From Bacteroidales bacterium Bact_07 (lineage in GTDB: Bacteria > Bacteroidota > Bacteroidia > Bacteroidales > Tenuifilaceae), in contig LUYY01000022.1 of assembly GCA_001603415.1 (NCBI GenBank), positions 1-56,979 on the forward strand: a stretch of 56,979 nt of DNA, read 5' to 3'. The position numbers and the translations under genes were made by a program. The notes under the pieces are model-generated. The model saw only the letters and a program-made list of their open reading frames with translations. It was not told the origin of the DNA and searched no databases. Below are positions 11,970 to 22,623 of the stretch, piece after piece. How positions within the stretch are numbered: the stretch's first letter is position 1; every line of letters starts with the position of its first letter.

Positions 11970-12749
11970 TTATTCAGGGCTCTCGTCGGTATGTTCTCTT
12001 TGCTTATCTTCCTGCATTTCCCTTTCGGCTTCGTCGATACCCTGCATTGAAGCCTGTTGCTCGGCTTCTTTTTTCGATTGGCCTAATCCACGGCCAATCT
12101 CCCTGCCATTCCACATCAACACCGCTTCAAATTGGGGCTTTTGCCTATCGTCGCCGTAGTCGTGAGTGTCAAAAACAACTTTTATATGTAATTTTTGGGC
12201 AATCTCCAGCAACCTACTTTTGTAATCGTGCTCAACGCTTTGCAGTTCCTCAAGATCGATATGGCGGCGTAAGAAGTTATTAACCACCACATCGCTGGTA
12301 AACTTAAAGCCCTTATCGATAAACATGGCACCCACTATGGCCTCTAGGGCATTGCCGTAGATATACTTATGATGGTTAAGAGCACCGTTATTAACCTTAA
12401 CTAGTTCAGGTAGCCCAATGCTAATGGCCAGCTGGTTCATGTTATTGCGGCTAACAATCTTTGCCCGCATCTTTGTCAGAAATCCCTCGTCGCTATTTGG
12501 AAATTCGGCAAAAAGGTAATCGGCCACAATGGCATCGAGTATGGCATCGCCCAGGTACTCTAATCGCTCATTATCGACCTTTTGGCCTGGTGATATGATA
12601 AGAGAAGCTGACCTGTGAACCAGCGCCAACTTGTAAACATCAAGATTATCGGGGGTAAACCCCAAAATATTTTTCAGATGTTGATAAAATTCTTTATCGG
12701 CGGCTGTTAAGCGTAACCGACGTATAGGTTTACTTAAGAATTTTAGCAC
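11970..12749 (-). CDS. rnc: ribonuclease III
   Basis: NERLEYLGDAIL signature, C-terminal dsRBD (SKKEAEQQA). Confidence 0.97.
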   Translation of the reverse strand: MLKFLSKPIRRLRLTAADKEFYQHLKNILGFTPDNLDVYKLALVHRSASLIISPGQKVDNERLEYLGDAILDAIVADYLFAEFPNSDEGFLTKMRAKIVSRNNMNQLAISIGLPELVKVNNGALNHHKYIYGNALEAIVGAMFIDKGFKFTSDVVVNNFLRRHIDLEELQSVEHDYKSRLLEIAQKLHIKVVFDTHDYGDDRQKPQFEAVLMWNGREIGRGLGQSKKEAEQQASMQGIDEAEREMQEDKQREHTDESPE

Positions 12750-12758
12750 GTTGGGATT

Positions 12759-14006
12759 CTACATCTTTTTAACGATGATCGATGCGTTATGCCCACCAAA
12801 ACCAAAGGTGTTGCTTAAGGCGGCTCGAACAGTTCGCTTTTGAGCAACGTTTGGTGTAAGGTTAAGCCTGCTGTCGATTTCAGGATCAACCTGTTTTAGG
12901 TTGATGGTAGGTGGAACCACATCTTTATAAACAGCCATAACTGCAGCAAGGGCCTCAATAGCTCCGGCAGCACCCAGCAGGTGACCAGTCATTGATTTGG
13001 TGGAGCTGATATTTAACTTGTAGGCATGCTCACCAAAAACCTGCAAAATAGCTTTGGTTTCAGAGATATCACCAAGTGGGGTCGATGTACCGTGTACATT
13101 GATATAATCAATATCCTCGGGTTTCATGCCGGCATCGCGTAAAGCGTTTTCCATAACCTTACGAGCGCCAAGACCTTCGGGGTGGGGTGCTGTCAGATGG
13201 TAGGCATCGGCCGACATACCGCCGCCTGCCAGCTCACAGTAAATTTTAGCCCCACGGGCTTTAGCGTGCTCATACTCTTCCAGAATAAGGCAGCCTGCTC
13301 CTTCGCCCATTACAAAACCATCACGAGTGGCATCAAATGGACGCGATGCGCTTTTGTACTCCTCGTTATTTGTTGATAACGCTTGGAGTGCGTTAAAACC
13401 TGCTACACCAACCTCGTTAACCGATGCTTCGGAACCTCCGGTTATAACAACATTGGCTTTCCCGGTACGAATCAAATCGAGGGCACAAATAATGCCATTG
13501 GTTGAAGATGCGCAAGCCGATACGGTAGAGAAATTTGGTCCACGGAAACCGTACTTCATGGAGATATGCCCGGCTGCTATGTCAGCAATCATTCGGGGAA
13601 TGAAAAAGGGGCTAAATCGGGGGGTTCCATCACCACCGAAATAGCCTCTCATTTCCTCGGTAAGGGTTTGTAAACCCCCAATACCCGACGCCCAAACTAC
13701 ACCGGCCATATCGAGGTCAGTAGCCTCAAGGTTAATGCCTGAATCCTTCATGGCTTCTTCAACTGCCACCAGCGCAAATTGTGTGTAAGGATCCAACTTT
13801 TTAACCTCTTTGCGGTCGAAGTAGTTATTTGGGTCAAAATTCTTTACCATGCAGGCAAATTTGGTTTTGAATTTCGACGTGTCGAAACTTGTGATAAGTT
13901 CACAACCACTAACTCCATTCTCAAGGTTTGTCCAGTATTCCTGAATGTTATTCCCAAGGGGGTTAATGGTTCCAATACCTGTTACAACAACACGTTTCAT
14001 TTCCAT
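12759..14006 (-). CDS. fabF: beta-ketoacyl-ACP synthase II
   Basis: SACAS active Cys, HGTSTPLGD, KSMTGHLLGAAG, NTFGFGGHNA. Confidence 0.97.
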   Translation of the reverse strand: MEMKRVVVTGIGTINPLGNNIQEYWTNLENGVSGCELITSFDTSKFKTKFACMVKNFDPNNYFDRKEVKKLDPYTQFALVAVEEAMKDSGINLEATDLDMAGVVWASGIGGLQTLTEEMRGYFGGDGTPRFSPFFIPRMIADIAAGHISMKYGFRGPNFSTVSACASSTNGIICALDLIRTGKANVVITGGSEASVNEVGVAGFNALQALSTNNEEYKSASRPFDATRDGFVMGEGAGCLILEEYEHAKARGAKIYCELAGGGMSADAYHLTAPHPEGLGARKVMENALRDAGMKPEDIDYINVHGTSTPLGDISETKAILQVFGEHAYKLNISSTKSMTGHLLGAAGAIEALAAVMAVYKDVVPPTINLKQVDPEIDSRLNLTPNVAQKRTVRAALSNTFGFGGHNASIIVKKM

Positions 14007-14059
14007 AAAAGTGAATTTAAGTTTAAAACCAAAATTTGCCTTGCCGGTTAATAAGTTAA

Positions 14060-14296
14060 TTACTTGCTGTGCTCTTCAATGTACTTGATAGCATCACCAA
14101 CGGTGCCGATCTTTTCAGCTTCCTCATCGGGAATAGAAAGATTGAATTCCTTTTCGAATTCCATAATCAGCTCAACGGTGTCAAGTGAATCGGCACCAAG
14201 ATCGTTGGTAAAACTAGCTTCAGGAGTTACTTCGTTCTCATCTACTCCAAGCTTGTCAACAATGATCGACTTAACTCTAGTTGCAATGTCTGACAT
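14060..14296 (-). CDS. acpP: acyl carrier protein
   Basis: [12 protein letters not shown] phosphopantetheine motif. Confidence 0.99.
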   Translation of the reverse strand: MSDIATRVKSIIVDKLGVDENEVTPEASFTNDLGADSLDTVELIMEFEKEFNLSIPDEEAEKIGTVGDAIKYIEEHSK

Positions 14297-14474
14297 AGTT
14301 TTAAAATTTAGTTAGTAAATTGAGTTTTCAAATCACAAAGAAAAACATATTTTCACCTGAAAACAAATCAGATGTCAAAAACGTGGCAAAAGTAATTTTT
14401 TTGTTCATATTTTTGACGCTTGTTAACAATTTTTTTTTGACAGTCGTTTAAATTCATTTCTTATATATTTGATT

Positions 14475-15047
14475 ATGTGTAATATAGCAATTTTTGCTTC
14501 GGGTTCGGGTTCCAATGCGGAGAACATTGCCAAGTACTTTATGCAAAGCCCAAAGGTGAATATAGCCCTAATAGCCACCGAAAATCCCAATGCATACGTT
14601 CTGGAAAGAGCCAAGCGCTTACAGATACCCACATATCAATTTTCCATGGAAGACCTCAAGAAGGGGAGCGTATTGCTCAAGCTTATAGAGATGAAAATTG
14701 ATTTTATTGTTCTTGCAGGCTTTCTGAAAATGGTTCCATCCGAAATGGTTCAGCACTTTAATAATCGTATTATCAATATTCATCCTGCTCTGTTGCCAAA
14801 ATATGGTGGGAAAGGCATGTATGGCGACAGGGTTCATAAAGCAGTAATAGCTGCAGGGGAAAAAGAATCGGGGATAACCATTCACTATGTGAACGAACAT
14901 TACGATGAAGGCGATGTAATTTTTCAGGCATCCTGCGAGGTTTTACCAACCGATACACCCGAAACCCTAGCGCAAAGGGTGCATAGGCTTGAATGGGAAT
15001 ACTACCCAAAAGTGATTGAACACCTGATACAGGGAAAATGTGGTTAG
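14475..15047 (+). CDS. purN: phosphoribosylglycinamide formyltransferase
   Basis: FASGSGSN, INIHPALLPKYGG, GITIHYV, DEG; ATG 14475 chosen because TATATTTG (14464-71) overlaps the upstream TTG. Confidence 0.96.
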   Translation: MCNIAIFASGSGSNAENIAKYFMQSPKVNIALIATENPNAYVLERAKRLQIPTYQFSMEDLKKGSVLLKLIEMKIDFIVLAGFLKMVPSEMVQHFNNRIINIHPALLPKYGGKGMYGDRVHKAVIAAGEKESGITIHYVNEHYDEGDVIFQASCEVLPTDTPETLAQRVHRLEWEYYPKVIEHLIQGKCG

Positions 15048-15754
15048 TTTTCAACGATTCGCTTCCCAAAATTCAGGTGTAAACCTATGGATATGGTAAA
15101 GGGAAGATTATCCCAATACCGCTTATCGTGTTCCCGGAGCGGAATTGATAGTCCAAAACATCCAACAAATCTTAACCGCTTATAACCAATTTTGCCTACA
15201 ATTCCGGGTTCGTAGAACCAATTTTTCTGAGGACCAATATCAACCAGCGATAATCGACTTACCACGCTAAAGTCGAGCCAATCGTTACAAAAGCCCAAAG
15301 CGGGCTGAATAAACCATCGGTTATAGGCAATAGTCTGAGGGCCATCCCATGTAATACTTCGGAACTTTGCAGGTACCTGACCTACACCGCCCCCAGCATA
15401 AAACTCAAATATACCCATGTCGCTAAAACGTTCGGTATAGCCAATGGCTCCTTCAACATACTTCCTCTGCTCGGTAACCTCAACATCATTCTCCGTTTTT
15501 TTATTCTGTTGAAGTTGTCCGTTTACCATCAGTCCGATACTATTGGTAACTGCTACTGCTGTTTGGGCTTCAATACCTGCTGAGCCAGCCCAAATATTGA
15601 GTTGAGCATCGCCTTTGTTGCGAAGTAAAGGGCTATTGAAGGTATTTGGTATATACGCAATTTTACAAGCTTGAAGTATTAGGGCTAAAGCTACTAACCT
15701 TATTAAACCCGAAAGCATTTTTGGAAAAGCCATTACTTTAAACTTTGTGAACAA
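15044..15754 (-). CDS. hypothetical lipoprotein / outer-membrane protein
   Basis: lipobox-like ILQAC, beta-strand-rich, ends ISIGLHLNF; exact start uncertain. Confidence 0.7.
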   Translation of the reverse strand: MFTKFKVMAFPKMLSGLIRLVALALILQACKIAYIPNTFNSPLLRNKGDAQLNIWAGSAGIEAQTAVAVTNSIGLMVNGQLQQNKKTENDVEVTEQRKYVEGAIGYTERFSDMGIFEFYAGGGVGQVPAKFRSITWDGPQTIAYNRWFIQPALGFCNDWLDFSVVSRLSLVDIGPQKNWFYEPGIVGKIGYKRLRFVGCFGLSIPLREHDKRYWDNLPFTISIGLHLNFGKRIVEN

Positions 15755-16004
15755 GTTAACCTATTGCTTGATGTTTGTCAATACCTTACCCTATAATTTT
15801 TACAATGAAGTAGTTCTAAAAATTTCTAGTTAAAAAATATCTTGATAAAAAGCCCATAAAATGAGGCTTTCAAAGTAAGTCGCTAATTTTTAGCAAAATT
15901 CCCTTAAAAAAATTTTGCGAATAGAGTTGATTTTTTGAATTCTTAACTTATATTCGCAAGTGATAAGCCTTTATCGTTCAGAGTAAAACAAAAGATATAG
16001 CGCC

Positions 16005-16736
16005 ATGCCTTACCGCCGATTGCCAAACACCGATAGTGCACGTTTGCGTGCGCTAAAAGCTGCCTATAAAATGGGCAAAAATACTCATCCGCAGGATTTG
16101 GCCTTTTCGCAGGCAACATTCTCAAAGGTTGAACTCTTCATTAACTCATTTGAGAAGGCTATAGCACACTACAAAGCGGCATACGATACTCAGGTTGAAC
16201 GCAGCAAGGATTACCAGCAACTGGTAAAAAAAGCCCGGCTTTACCTATCGCACTTTATCCAAGTAGTTAATATGGCCATTGCCCGGGGTGAACTTCAGCC
16301 TACAGTTCGCGAACTCTATGGCATGGATATAGATGAATCGAAGATACCCTCACTCAACACCGAAAAGGACTTAATTGAATGGGGTAAAAAGATAATTGAA
16401 GGTGAAATGGCGCGCACCCGCAGGGGAATGTCACCAATTACCAACCCCACCATTGCTGTTGTTAAGGTGCGCTACGACCAGTTCCTTGAAGCCTATAACT
16501 ACCAAAAAGTGCTCCAACACAATACCCAGCGAATGCTAAACGAACTCATCGAACTGCGAAAAAAAGCCGACGATATAATTCTCAGCATCTGGAACGAAGT
16601 GGAAGAGCACTACAAGGACCTTCCCGATGAGGAACGAAGGGAAAAGGCAAGTGCCTATGGTCTTGTTTACGTTTACCGAAAAAATGAACTCAAGGGGCTA
16701 TCGTTGTTCGATAGCGCTATCCCTCGGCTGTTCTAA
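16005..16736 (+). CDS. conserved Bacteroidota helical hypothetical protein (MPYRRLPNTD N-terminus)
   Basis: long ORF with typical codon use; N-terminus recognised as a recurrent Bacteroidota hypothetical family. Confidence 0.8.
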   Translation: MPYRRLPNTDSARLRALKAAYKMGKNTHPQDLAFSQATFSKVELFINSFEKAIAHYKAAYDTQVERSKDYQQLVKKARLYLSHFIQVVNMAIARGELQPTVRELYGMDIDESKIPSLNTEKDLIEWGKKIIEGEMARTRRGMSPITNPTIAVVKVRYDQFLEAYNYQKVLQHNTQRMLNELIELRKKADDIILSIWNEVEEHYKDLPDEERREKASAYGLVYVYRKNELKGLSLFDSAIPRLF

Positions 16737-17621
16737 TTGACGGTTTCGTTCAATCTCCCTCTTAAGCTTAACCACAAGCAGAATGGTTGCAATTAAACTT
16801 ATAATACCCAGCAACCAAAGGTCGCTTAGTCCGCCAATATCCTCTATTCTTTCATCAACAGTCCCAGTCCCAATTAGCATATAACCGGTTGCTGCTATTG
16901 CATTGTTAAAGAAATGCGCAAAAATGGGAACCCAGATGCTACCTGTTACCTCAAGCAGGTATCCAAACGCTACCCCCAGCGCAAACCTTGGAATAAATCC
17001 TTGAAACTGCATATGAATGCCACTAAATACTGCTGCTGCAATTATTATACCAGTCCAGCGCGAACGCGTTAGCTCAACAAGCCTCCTTTGAAGAATCCCC
17101 CGGAAAATGAGCTCCTCCCCTATAGCAGGAAGAATAGCCACCATGAAAATATTAACCAGAAAAACCCAGAAACTATCGGTTATCAGAAATGCCTTTGTAA
17201 GAGCCTCTGCTTTCTTTTCAAGTTCAATCATCCAATCGCTCAAAGGTATAAGCTGATTTACCGATGCCAAAAGGTTTATGGCTGGAAGGGATATTAAAAC
17301 AATCAACAGTGTTTTAAAAATAGTGTCGGTCTTAACCCTCTGAAAGCCTAAGTAATGCCATGGCTTTTTGGAGAAAAGAGATGCCGAAAGAATGGCTGGA
17401 ACAATGAAAATGCCAGTGGTTTGAAGGATTTGCATTAACTTTAGGGCATTTAAATTGGTTAGGCTCTCACCTAGCGCTACCTGCACCCCCGATGCACCAA
17501 ACAGTATCCCTAAAAGTAAAAATCCTATCAACGAAAAAATAAATGAGCTGAAAAGAATAATTGCTCCAAAAATCAACATCTTTCCTACACTTGATTTTGA
17601 TTCTAAAATTCCATGTTCCAT
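16698..17621 (-). CDS. CPBP (CAAX/Abi) intramembrane glutamic endopeptidase
   Basis: EELIFRG, FSGIH, HFFNN motifs; multiple TM helices. Confidence 0.92.
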   Translation of the reverse strand: MEHGILESKSSVGKMLIFGAIILFSSFIFSLIGFLLLGILFGASGVQVALGESLTNLNALKLMQILQTTGIFIVPAILSASLFSKKPWHYLGFQRVKTDTIFKTLLIVLISLPAINLLASVNQLIPLSDWMIELEKKAEALTKAFLITDSFWVFLVNIFMVAILPAIGEELIFRGILQRRLVELTRSRWTGIIIAAAVFSGIHMQFQGFIPRFALGVAFGYLLEVTGSIWVPIFAHFFNNAIAATGYMLIGTGTVDERIEDIGGLSDLWLLGIISLIATILLVVKLKREIERNRQLEQPRDSAIEQR

Positions 17622-17689
17622 AAACTATAAATTTCTACAAAAGTAATTCATATCAGCTTTGAACAAAGCCTTTAACCGTATTCTTTTGA

Positions 17690-17697
17690 TATTTTTG
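17690..17697 (+). promoter_or_regulatory. -7 promoter box TATTTTTG of dusB
   Basis: TAnnTTTG 18 nt before the ATG. Confidence 0.55.
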
Positions 17698-17715
17698 CAT
17701 CGCAAAACCTAAAGA

Positions 17716-18744
17716 ATGAAAATAGGGAATGTTGATTTAGGCGAAAAGCCGGTATTGTTGGCACCCATGGAGGATGTTACTGACCCATCGTTCCGCTTCA
17801 TGTGCAAGCACTTTGGTGCCGATATGATGTATACCGAGTTCATTAATGCCGATGGTCTTATCCGCGATGCCGGAAGCAGCGTGGCAAAACTAAACATATT
17901 TGACTACGAACGCCCCATTGGAATACAACTTTACGGCCATATTATTGAGAGTATGGTTGAGGCAGCACGAATTGCCACTGAGGCAAACCCCGATGTAATA
18001 GACATTAACTTTGGATGCCCCGTTAAAAAGATAGCCAATCGCGGTGCAGGCTCAGGTATGATGCGCGATGTTCCCAAAATGGTTGAAATGACCCGCCGTA
18101 TTGTTGAAGCCACCCATTTACCGGTTACGGTTAAAACTCGCCTGGGTTGGGACGACCAAAGTAAGAATATTGTAGAAATTGCCGAACGCCTGCAGGATGT
18201 TGGCATCAAAGCCATAACCATTCACGGTCGCACCCGTGCTCAACTTTACACCGGCAAAGCCGATTGGACACTTATTGGCGAGGTAAAAAACAATCCGCGT
18301 ATGCATATTCCCGTTATAGGCAACGGCGATATTGATAGCCCAATTAAGGCCAAAGAAATGTTTACCCGTTACGGGGTTGACGGTATTATGATTGGACGCG
18401 CTACCTATGGACGTCCATGGATTTTTGCGGAAGTTAAGCACTACCTAAAAACCGGTGAGCTTATGCCCCCGTTAACCACCTCACAAAAGGTAGAAATTGC
18501 CCGTATGCACTTTGAGCGTTCAATTCAGGTGAAAGGGGCAAAAACCGGAATGCTTGAAATGCGTAGGCATTTTGGTTCATACTTTAAAGGACTACCCCAC
18601 TTCAAGGATATCAGGCTAAAACTACTAACCACCCTTAATCCCGACGAGGTTTACTCGCTCCTAAACCTAATTGTTGAACGCTACGGCGATTATGTAGTAG
18701 ATGATACCATTAATCCATCGCCTTGGGCGGAAAAACAGGATTAA
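17716..18744 (+). CDS. dusB: tRNA dihydrouridine synthase
   Basis: LAPMEDVTD, DINFGCP, IHGRTR, GNGDI, MIGRA. Confidence 0.95.
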   Translation: MKIGNVDLGEKPVLLAPMEDVTDPSFRFMCKHFGADMMYTEFINADGLIRDAGSSVAKLNIFDYERPIGIQLYGHIIESMVEAARIATEANPDVIDINFGCPVKKIANRGAGSGMMRDVPKMVEMTRRIVEATHLPVTVKTRLGWDDQSKNIVEIAERLQDVGIKAITIHGRTRAQLYTGKADWTLIGEVKNNPRMHIPVIGNGDIDSPIKAKEMFTRYGVDGIMIGRATYGRPWIFAEVKHYLKTGELMPPLTTSQKVEIARMHFERSIQVKGAKTGMLEMRRHFGSYFKGLPHFKDIRLKLLTTLNPDEVYSLLNLIVERYGDYVVDDTINPSPWAEKQD

Positions 18745-21524
18745 TGAGCCTCGAGCCAATTGCTTCCCGTGCCAATCTCAACCTCAAGCGGAACCCTAAG
18801 CTGCGCAGCACCTTCCATACAATTTTTTACAATGGCCTTAACCTCATCGAGTTCAGGGCGGTAAACATCGAACACAAGCTCGTCGTGAACCTGAATTATC
18901 ATCTTCGACTTTAATTTACGGTTCTTAAACTCATCGTGTATCCTTATCATCGCCATTTTGATGATATCGGCGGCAGAACCCTGAATGGGTGCATTTATTG
19001 CGTTTCTCTCGGCAAGCCCACGAACTACCTGATTGTTTGAGTTGATATCGGGTAGATAGCGTTTGCGTCCAAAAATGGTTTCAACCCAACCCCTCTCGCG
19101 GGCTTGCGATACACATTTTTCCATGTACTCCTTCACTCCCTTGTAGGTTGTGAAGTAACCATCAATCAGCTCCTTAGCCTCGGTTCGGGAAATACCTAAA
19201 CGTTGCGATAGGCCAAAAGCCGAAATACCGTAAATCATACCAAAGTTGGCTGTTTTGGCCTTACGGCGCTGTTCGCGACTTACCTGATCCAAGGGAATCT
19301 TAAATATTTTTGCTGCGGTAGCAGCATGGATATCCTGGCCATTCTCAAAGGCCTCGAGCATAACAGGGTCGCCGCTCATGTGGGCCATCAAGCGCAATTC
19401 TATCTGCGAGTAATCGGCCGATAGTAAAAGAAAATCGTCTTGCGACGGGATAAAGGCTTTTCGGATTTCTCGGCCATTCTCATCGCGTATGGGAATATTT
19501 TGAAGGTTAGGGTTGTTTGAGCTAAGCCTTCCGGTTGAGGCCACTGCCTGGTTGAACGAAGTGTGTATTTTGCCGGTTTTGGGGTTTACCAGCGTGGGTA
19601 GGGTATCAATATAGGTTGAAAGTAATTTTTTTATACCCCTGAATTCCAAAATCTTTGCAACAATGGGATGAGCGTTAATGTATTTCTGAAGTTCCTCCTC
19701 GTTGGTTGAATACTGCTTGGTTTTGGTAAGCTTGGCATCCGACGATATCTTGAGCTTTTCGAACAAAACCTCGCCCAGCTGTTTGGGCGATGAGATATTT
19801 AAATCGGGTATCCCGGCCATTTGGCGTATCTCGTTTTCGAGTTCCACCAACTGGGCCGAAAGAACTTCACCGTAGTCCTTCAAACTTCTTATGTCGATGG
19901 AAACACCATTGCGTTCCATGTAAGTTAGCACCTCAACTAGCGGTGCTTCAAGGGCAAAATACAGATTGGTTAAGCCCTGCGCCTCGAGCTTTGAGAACAG
20001 TACATGCTTAAGCTGCAAGGCTAAATCGGCATCCTCGCAGGCATATCGGGTAATAAGCGAGGAATCAACATTTCGCATACTACCCTGCTTGGAACCCTTT
20101 TTACCAATTAATTCCTCAATGCTGATAGGTTTATAGTTCAGGTAGATTTCCGACAGGTAGTCGAGGTTGTGCCGCGAGTCGGGCTCCAACAGGTAATGGG
20201 CAAGCATGGTATCGTAAAGATGTCCCTTAATGTCAATTCCATAATTGAGCAGTACCTGCATATCGAACTTAATGTTCTGCCCTACCTTGGCAATAGCCTC
20301 GTTGCCAAAAACATTGGCAAACTCCATTACCACAACCTGAGCTTCGGTTTGGTTCGATGGAACAGGAACCCACCATGCCCTCCGCAACGACGTTGAAAAC
20401 GATAAGCCCACCAGTTCTGCCGATATTGGGTCAAGCCCCGTTGTTTCGGTATCAAATGCAAACTCACTACATTTTTCAAGTTCCTGAATCAAAACCTTTC
20501 GCTCCTCTGCGGTTTGCACCAGGTGGTAATCAACCTCAAAATCGTTGATAGTTTTGAGGTTGATAACAGGTTTGGTATTATCGGCAGGAGGCGTATCGAA
20601 GAGCGAACCCTGAACGTATTGGGGTTTTTCCTTTTGGGGTTCGGCCCCAAACTCCTTTAGGAGCGACCTAAACTCTAACTCCTCCAGAATGGGCATCAAC
20701 TCATCAGTTTTAGGAGGCTGAACGGCAAGGTCCTTGTCAATATCAACCTTTAGGGGAATATCGGTAACAATACTAACCAGCTTACGGTTAAGCGGAATGA
20801 TATCGCGGGCTGCTTCAAAGTTTTCCTTCTGGGCAGGGCTTAGCTTATCCAGATTTTGGAGCAAATTATCGATACTGCCAAACTGCGATATCAGCTTTGC
20901 AGCAGTCTTTTCGCCCACCTTGTTAACCCCCTTAATGTTATCGGACGTATCGCCCCAAAGGGCAAGAATATCGATAAACTGTTTGGGATTTTGAATGTCG
21001 TAATCCTTACAGAATTGGTCAGCGGTTACAATTTCCATTTCGCCTCCACTTCTGCCAGGCTTCGCAATAATAATATTCTTGCTCAGGAGTTGGCCATAAT
21101 CCTTATCGGGGGTCATCATTATCACCTCAAACTCATTGGGATTGGCCTTAGTGGCAAGAGTGCCAATCACATCGTCGGCTTCAAAACCTTCCTTTTCGAT
21201 TATTGGAATGTTAAGCGCATTAAGCAGATTTTTGATAATGGGAACCGAAGCCTTGATATCTTCGGGTGTTTCATCGCGCTGGGCCTTGTAATCGGGGTAA
21301 ATATCGTTTCTGAATGTTTTGCCCGACACATCGAATGCCACTGCCACATGGGTTGGGTTAAACTTTTTGATGGCATCGAGTGTAGCCCTTATAAATCCGT
21401 AAACAGCCGATGTGTTTAGCCCTTTACTGTTGCGCATGGGGCGATTGATAAAGGCATAGTATGCCCTATAAATCAGGGCGTAAGCATCGAGTAGCAGTAG
21501 GCGTTTCTTCATGGTTATGGGCAA
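18741..21524 (-). CDS. polA: DNA polymerase I
   Basis: 5'-3' exonuclease (LLDAYALIYRAYY), 3'-5' exonuclease (DTETTGLD), motif A (ADYSQIELR), motif B (KTANFGMIYG), QVHDEL. Confidence 0.98.
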   Translation of the reverse strand: MPITMKKRLLLLDAYALIYRAYYAFINRPMRNSKGLNTSAVYGFIRATLDAIKKFNPTHVAVAFDVSGKTFRNDIYPDYKAQRDETPEDIKASVPIIKNLLNALNIPIIEKEGFEADDVIGTLATKANPNEFEVIMMTPDKDYGQLLSKNIIIAKPGRSGGEMEIVTADQFCKDYDIQNPKQFIDILALWGDTSDNIKGVNKVGEKTAAKLISQFGSIDNLLQNLDKLSPAQKENFEAARDIIPLNRKLVSIVTDIPLKVDIDKDLAVQPPKTDELMPILEELEFRSLLKEFGAEPQKEKPQYVQGSLFDTPPADNTKPVINLKTINDFEVDYHLVQTAEERKVLIQELEKCSEFAFDTETTGLDPISAELVGLSFSTSLRRAWWVPVPSNQTEAQVVVMEFANVFGNEAIAKVGQNIKFDMQVLLNYGIDIKGHLYDTMLAHYLLEPDSRHNLDYLSEIYLNYKPISIEELIGKKGSKQGSMRNVDSSLITRYACEDADLALQLKHVLFSKLEAQGLTNLYFALEAPLVEVLTYMERNGVSIDIRSLKDYGEVLSAQLVELENEIRQMAGIPDLNISSPKQLGEVLFEKLKISSDAKLTKTKQYSTNEEELQKYINAHPIVAKILEFRGIKKLLSTYIDTLPTLVNPKTGKIHTSFNQAVASTGRLSSNNPNLQNIPIRDENGREIRKAFIPSQDDFLLLSADYSQIELRLMAHMSGDPVMLEAFENGQDIHAATAAKIFKIPLDQVSREQRRKAKTANFGMIYGISAFGLSQRLGISRTEAKELIDGYFTTYKGVKEYMEKCVSQARERGWVETIFGRKRYLPDINSNNQVVRGLAERNAINAPIQGSAADIIKMAMIRIHDEFKNRKLKSKMIIQVHDELVFDVYRPELDEVKAIVKNCMEGAAQLRVPLEVEIGTGSNWLEAH

Positions 21525-21527
21525 TGG

Positions 21528-21974
21528 TTATTGGTTATCGGATGCATACCATTCGGCATACGATGTGGCGGTTTCGTTTAGTTTAAGGTGATGTAACTTA
21601 ACGTTAGACGGTAGCTTTGACATGATTAGCCCGGCAAAGTAGTGAATCATGTTCTCACACGTGGGTTGAAAGGGCAAGGCCTCAATGCGATTAAAACCGG
21701 CTTCGGTAAGCTTTGTATGGGTTGGCGTGTTAGCCATAACAGCCACCGCGTGGTCGAATCGATCAACTATGAGCGGATTAACAATTCGCTTAAGATCGCC
21801 AAAGTCCATTACCATTCCCAATTTAGGATGTCCTGGAACGTCAATAGGCTCACCTATAACGGTAACTGTAAGGATATATGAATGTCCGTGCATATGACGG
21901 CATAGGCCATCGTAACCCTCAAGGGCGTGAGCCATTTCAAAGCGAAACTCTTTGGTTAATCGGATTTTTGGCAT
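21528..21974 (-). CDS. queD: 6-carboxytetrahydropterin synthase
   Basis: FEMAH, CRHMHGHSY, DFGDLK, PTCEN; start at MPKIRLTKEF because the upstream extension runs into the repeat. Confidence 0.93.
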   Translation of the reverse strand: MPKIRLTKEFRFEMAHALEGYDGLCRHMHGHSYILTVTVIGEPIDVPGHPKLGMVMDFGDLKRIVNPLIVDRFDHAVAVMANTPTHTKLTEAGFNRIEALPFQPTCENMIHYFAGLIMSKLPSNVKLHHLKLNETATSYAEWYASDNQ

Positions 21975-21995
21975 AGTGGTATGTTTCCAAGTTAA

Positions 21996-22107
21996 AAGTT
22001 CAAGGTTCAAAGTTCAAAGTTCAAGGTTCAAAGTTCAAGGTTCAAAGTTCAAGGTTCAAAGTTCAAGGTTCAAAGTTCAAAGTTCAAGGTTCAAGGTTCA
22101 AGGTTCA
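21996..22107 (-). repeat. heptamer array, 16 units of A(A/G)GTTCA on + (TGAAC(C/T)T on sense strand)
   Basis: counted directly; immediately upstream of queD. Confidence 0.97.
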
Positions 22108-22162
22108 AGAACTTGATGCGCTTTATGTGGTTTAATGTTAAAAATATTTCATTTCCCTACGT

Positions 22163-22525
22163 TTACAATTCGTCGCCAATTACTCGGGTCATCACAAATA
22201 CCCCACATACATCCTCGGAGTCGAAACTATGTCCAACAATCTTTTTTTCATGGGTGTATGTGCCTTCGAGAATATCAAGGTTATAGTTTTGAATTGGAGT
22301 CCCGTTAGGATGCATTACCTGTAGCCCCTTCAAGATAATCTTGTTACCATGAATATTCCCCTCAACCAGCTGGCGAACCACGAAAGGTTCTTCATCCTCG
22401 ATACATTCCTCGTATTCAAGGTATCCAACAAGTTCATCGCCCTTTTGCTCCAGGTAGGCAAAACCCTTATCGGTTCCGCATTCAAACTCTTCGGTAAAAG
22501 TCCATTTTCCTGTTAAACTATCCAT
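22163..22525 (-). CDS. acidic hypothetical protein, possibly a small beta-barrel
   Basis: 120-aa ORF filling the gap; LTGKWTF start resembles lipocalin-like GxW. Confidence 0.7.
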   Translation of the reverse strand: MDSLTGKWTFTEEFECGTDKGFAYLEQKGDELVGYLEYEECIEDEEPFVVRQLVEGNIHGNKIILKGLQVMHPNGTPIQNYNLDILEGTYTHEKKIVGHSFDSEDVCGVFVMTRVIGDEL

Positions 22526-22623
22526 CCAAAATCTATTTTTACAAATATAGTGAACGCTAATTCAAAGTCTTTGTTTATTGAGTAAATTTACGCAATTTGA
22601 TGAACCAATTCAACCGTACTGCC

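Noticed and set aside
11970-12749. rnc proximity as support for RNase III processing of the repeat module
   Set aside because: acpP-fabF-rnc is an ordinary conserved cluster 14 kb away, so the proximity is uninformative.
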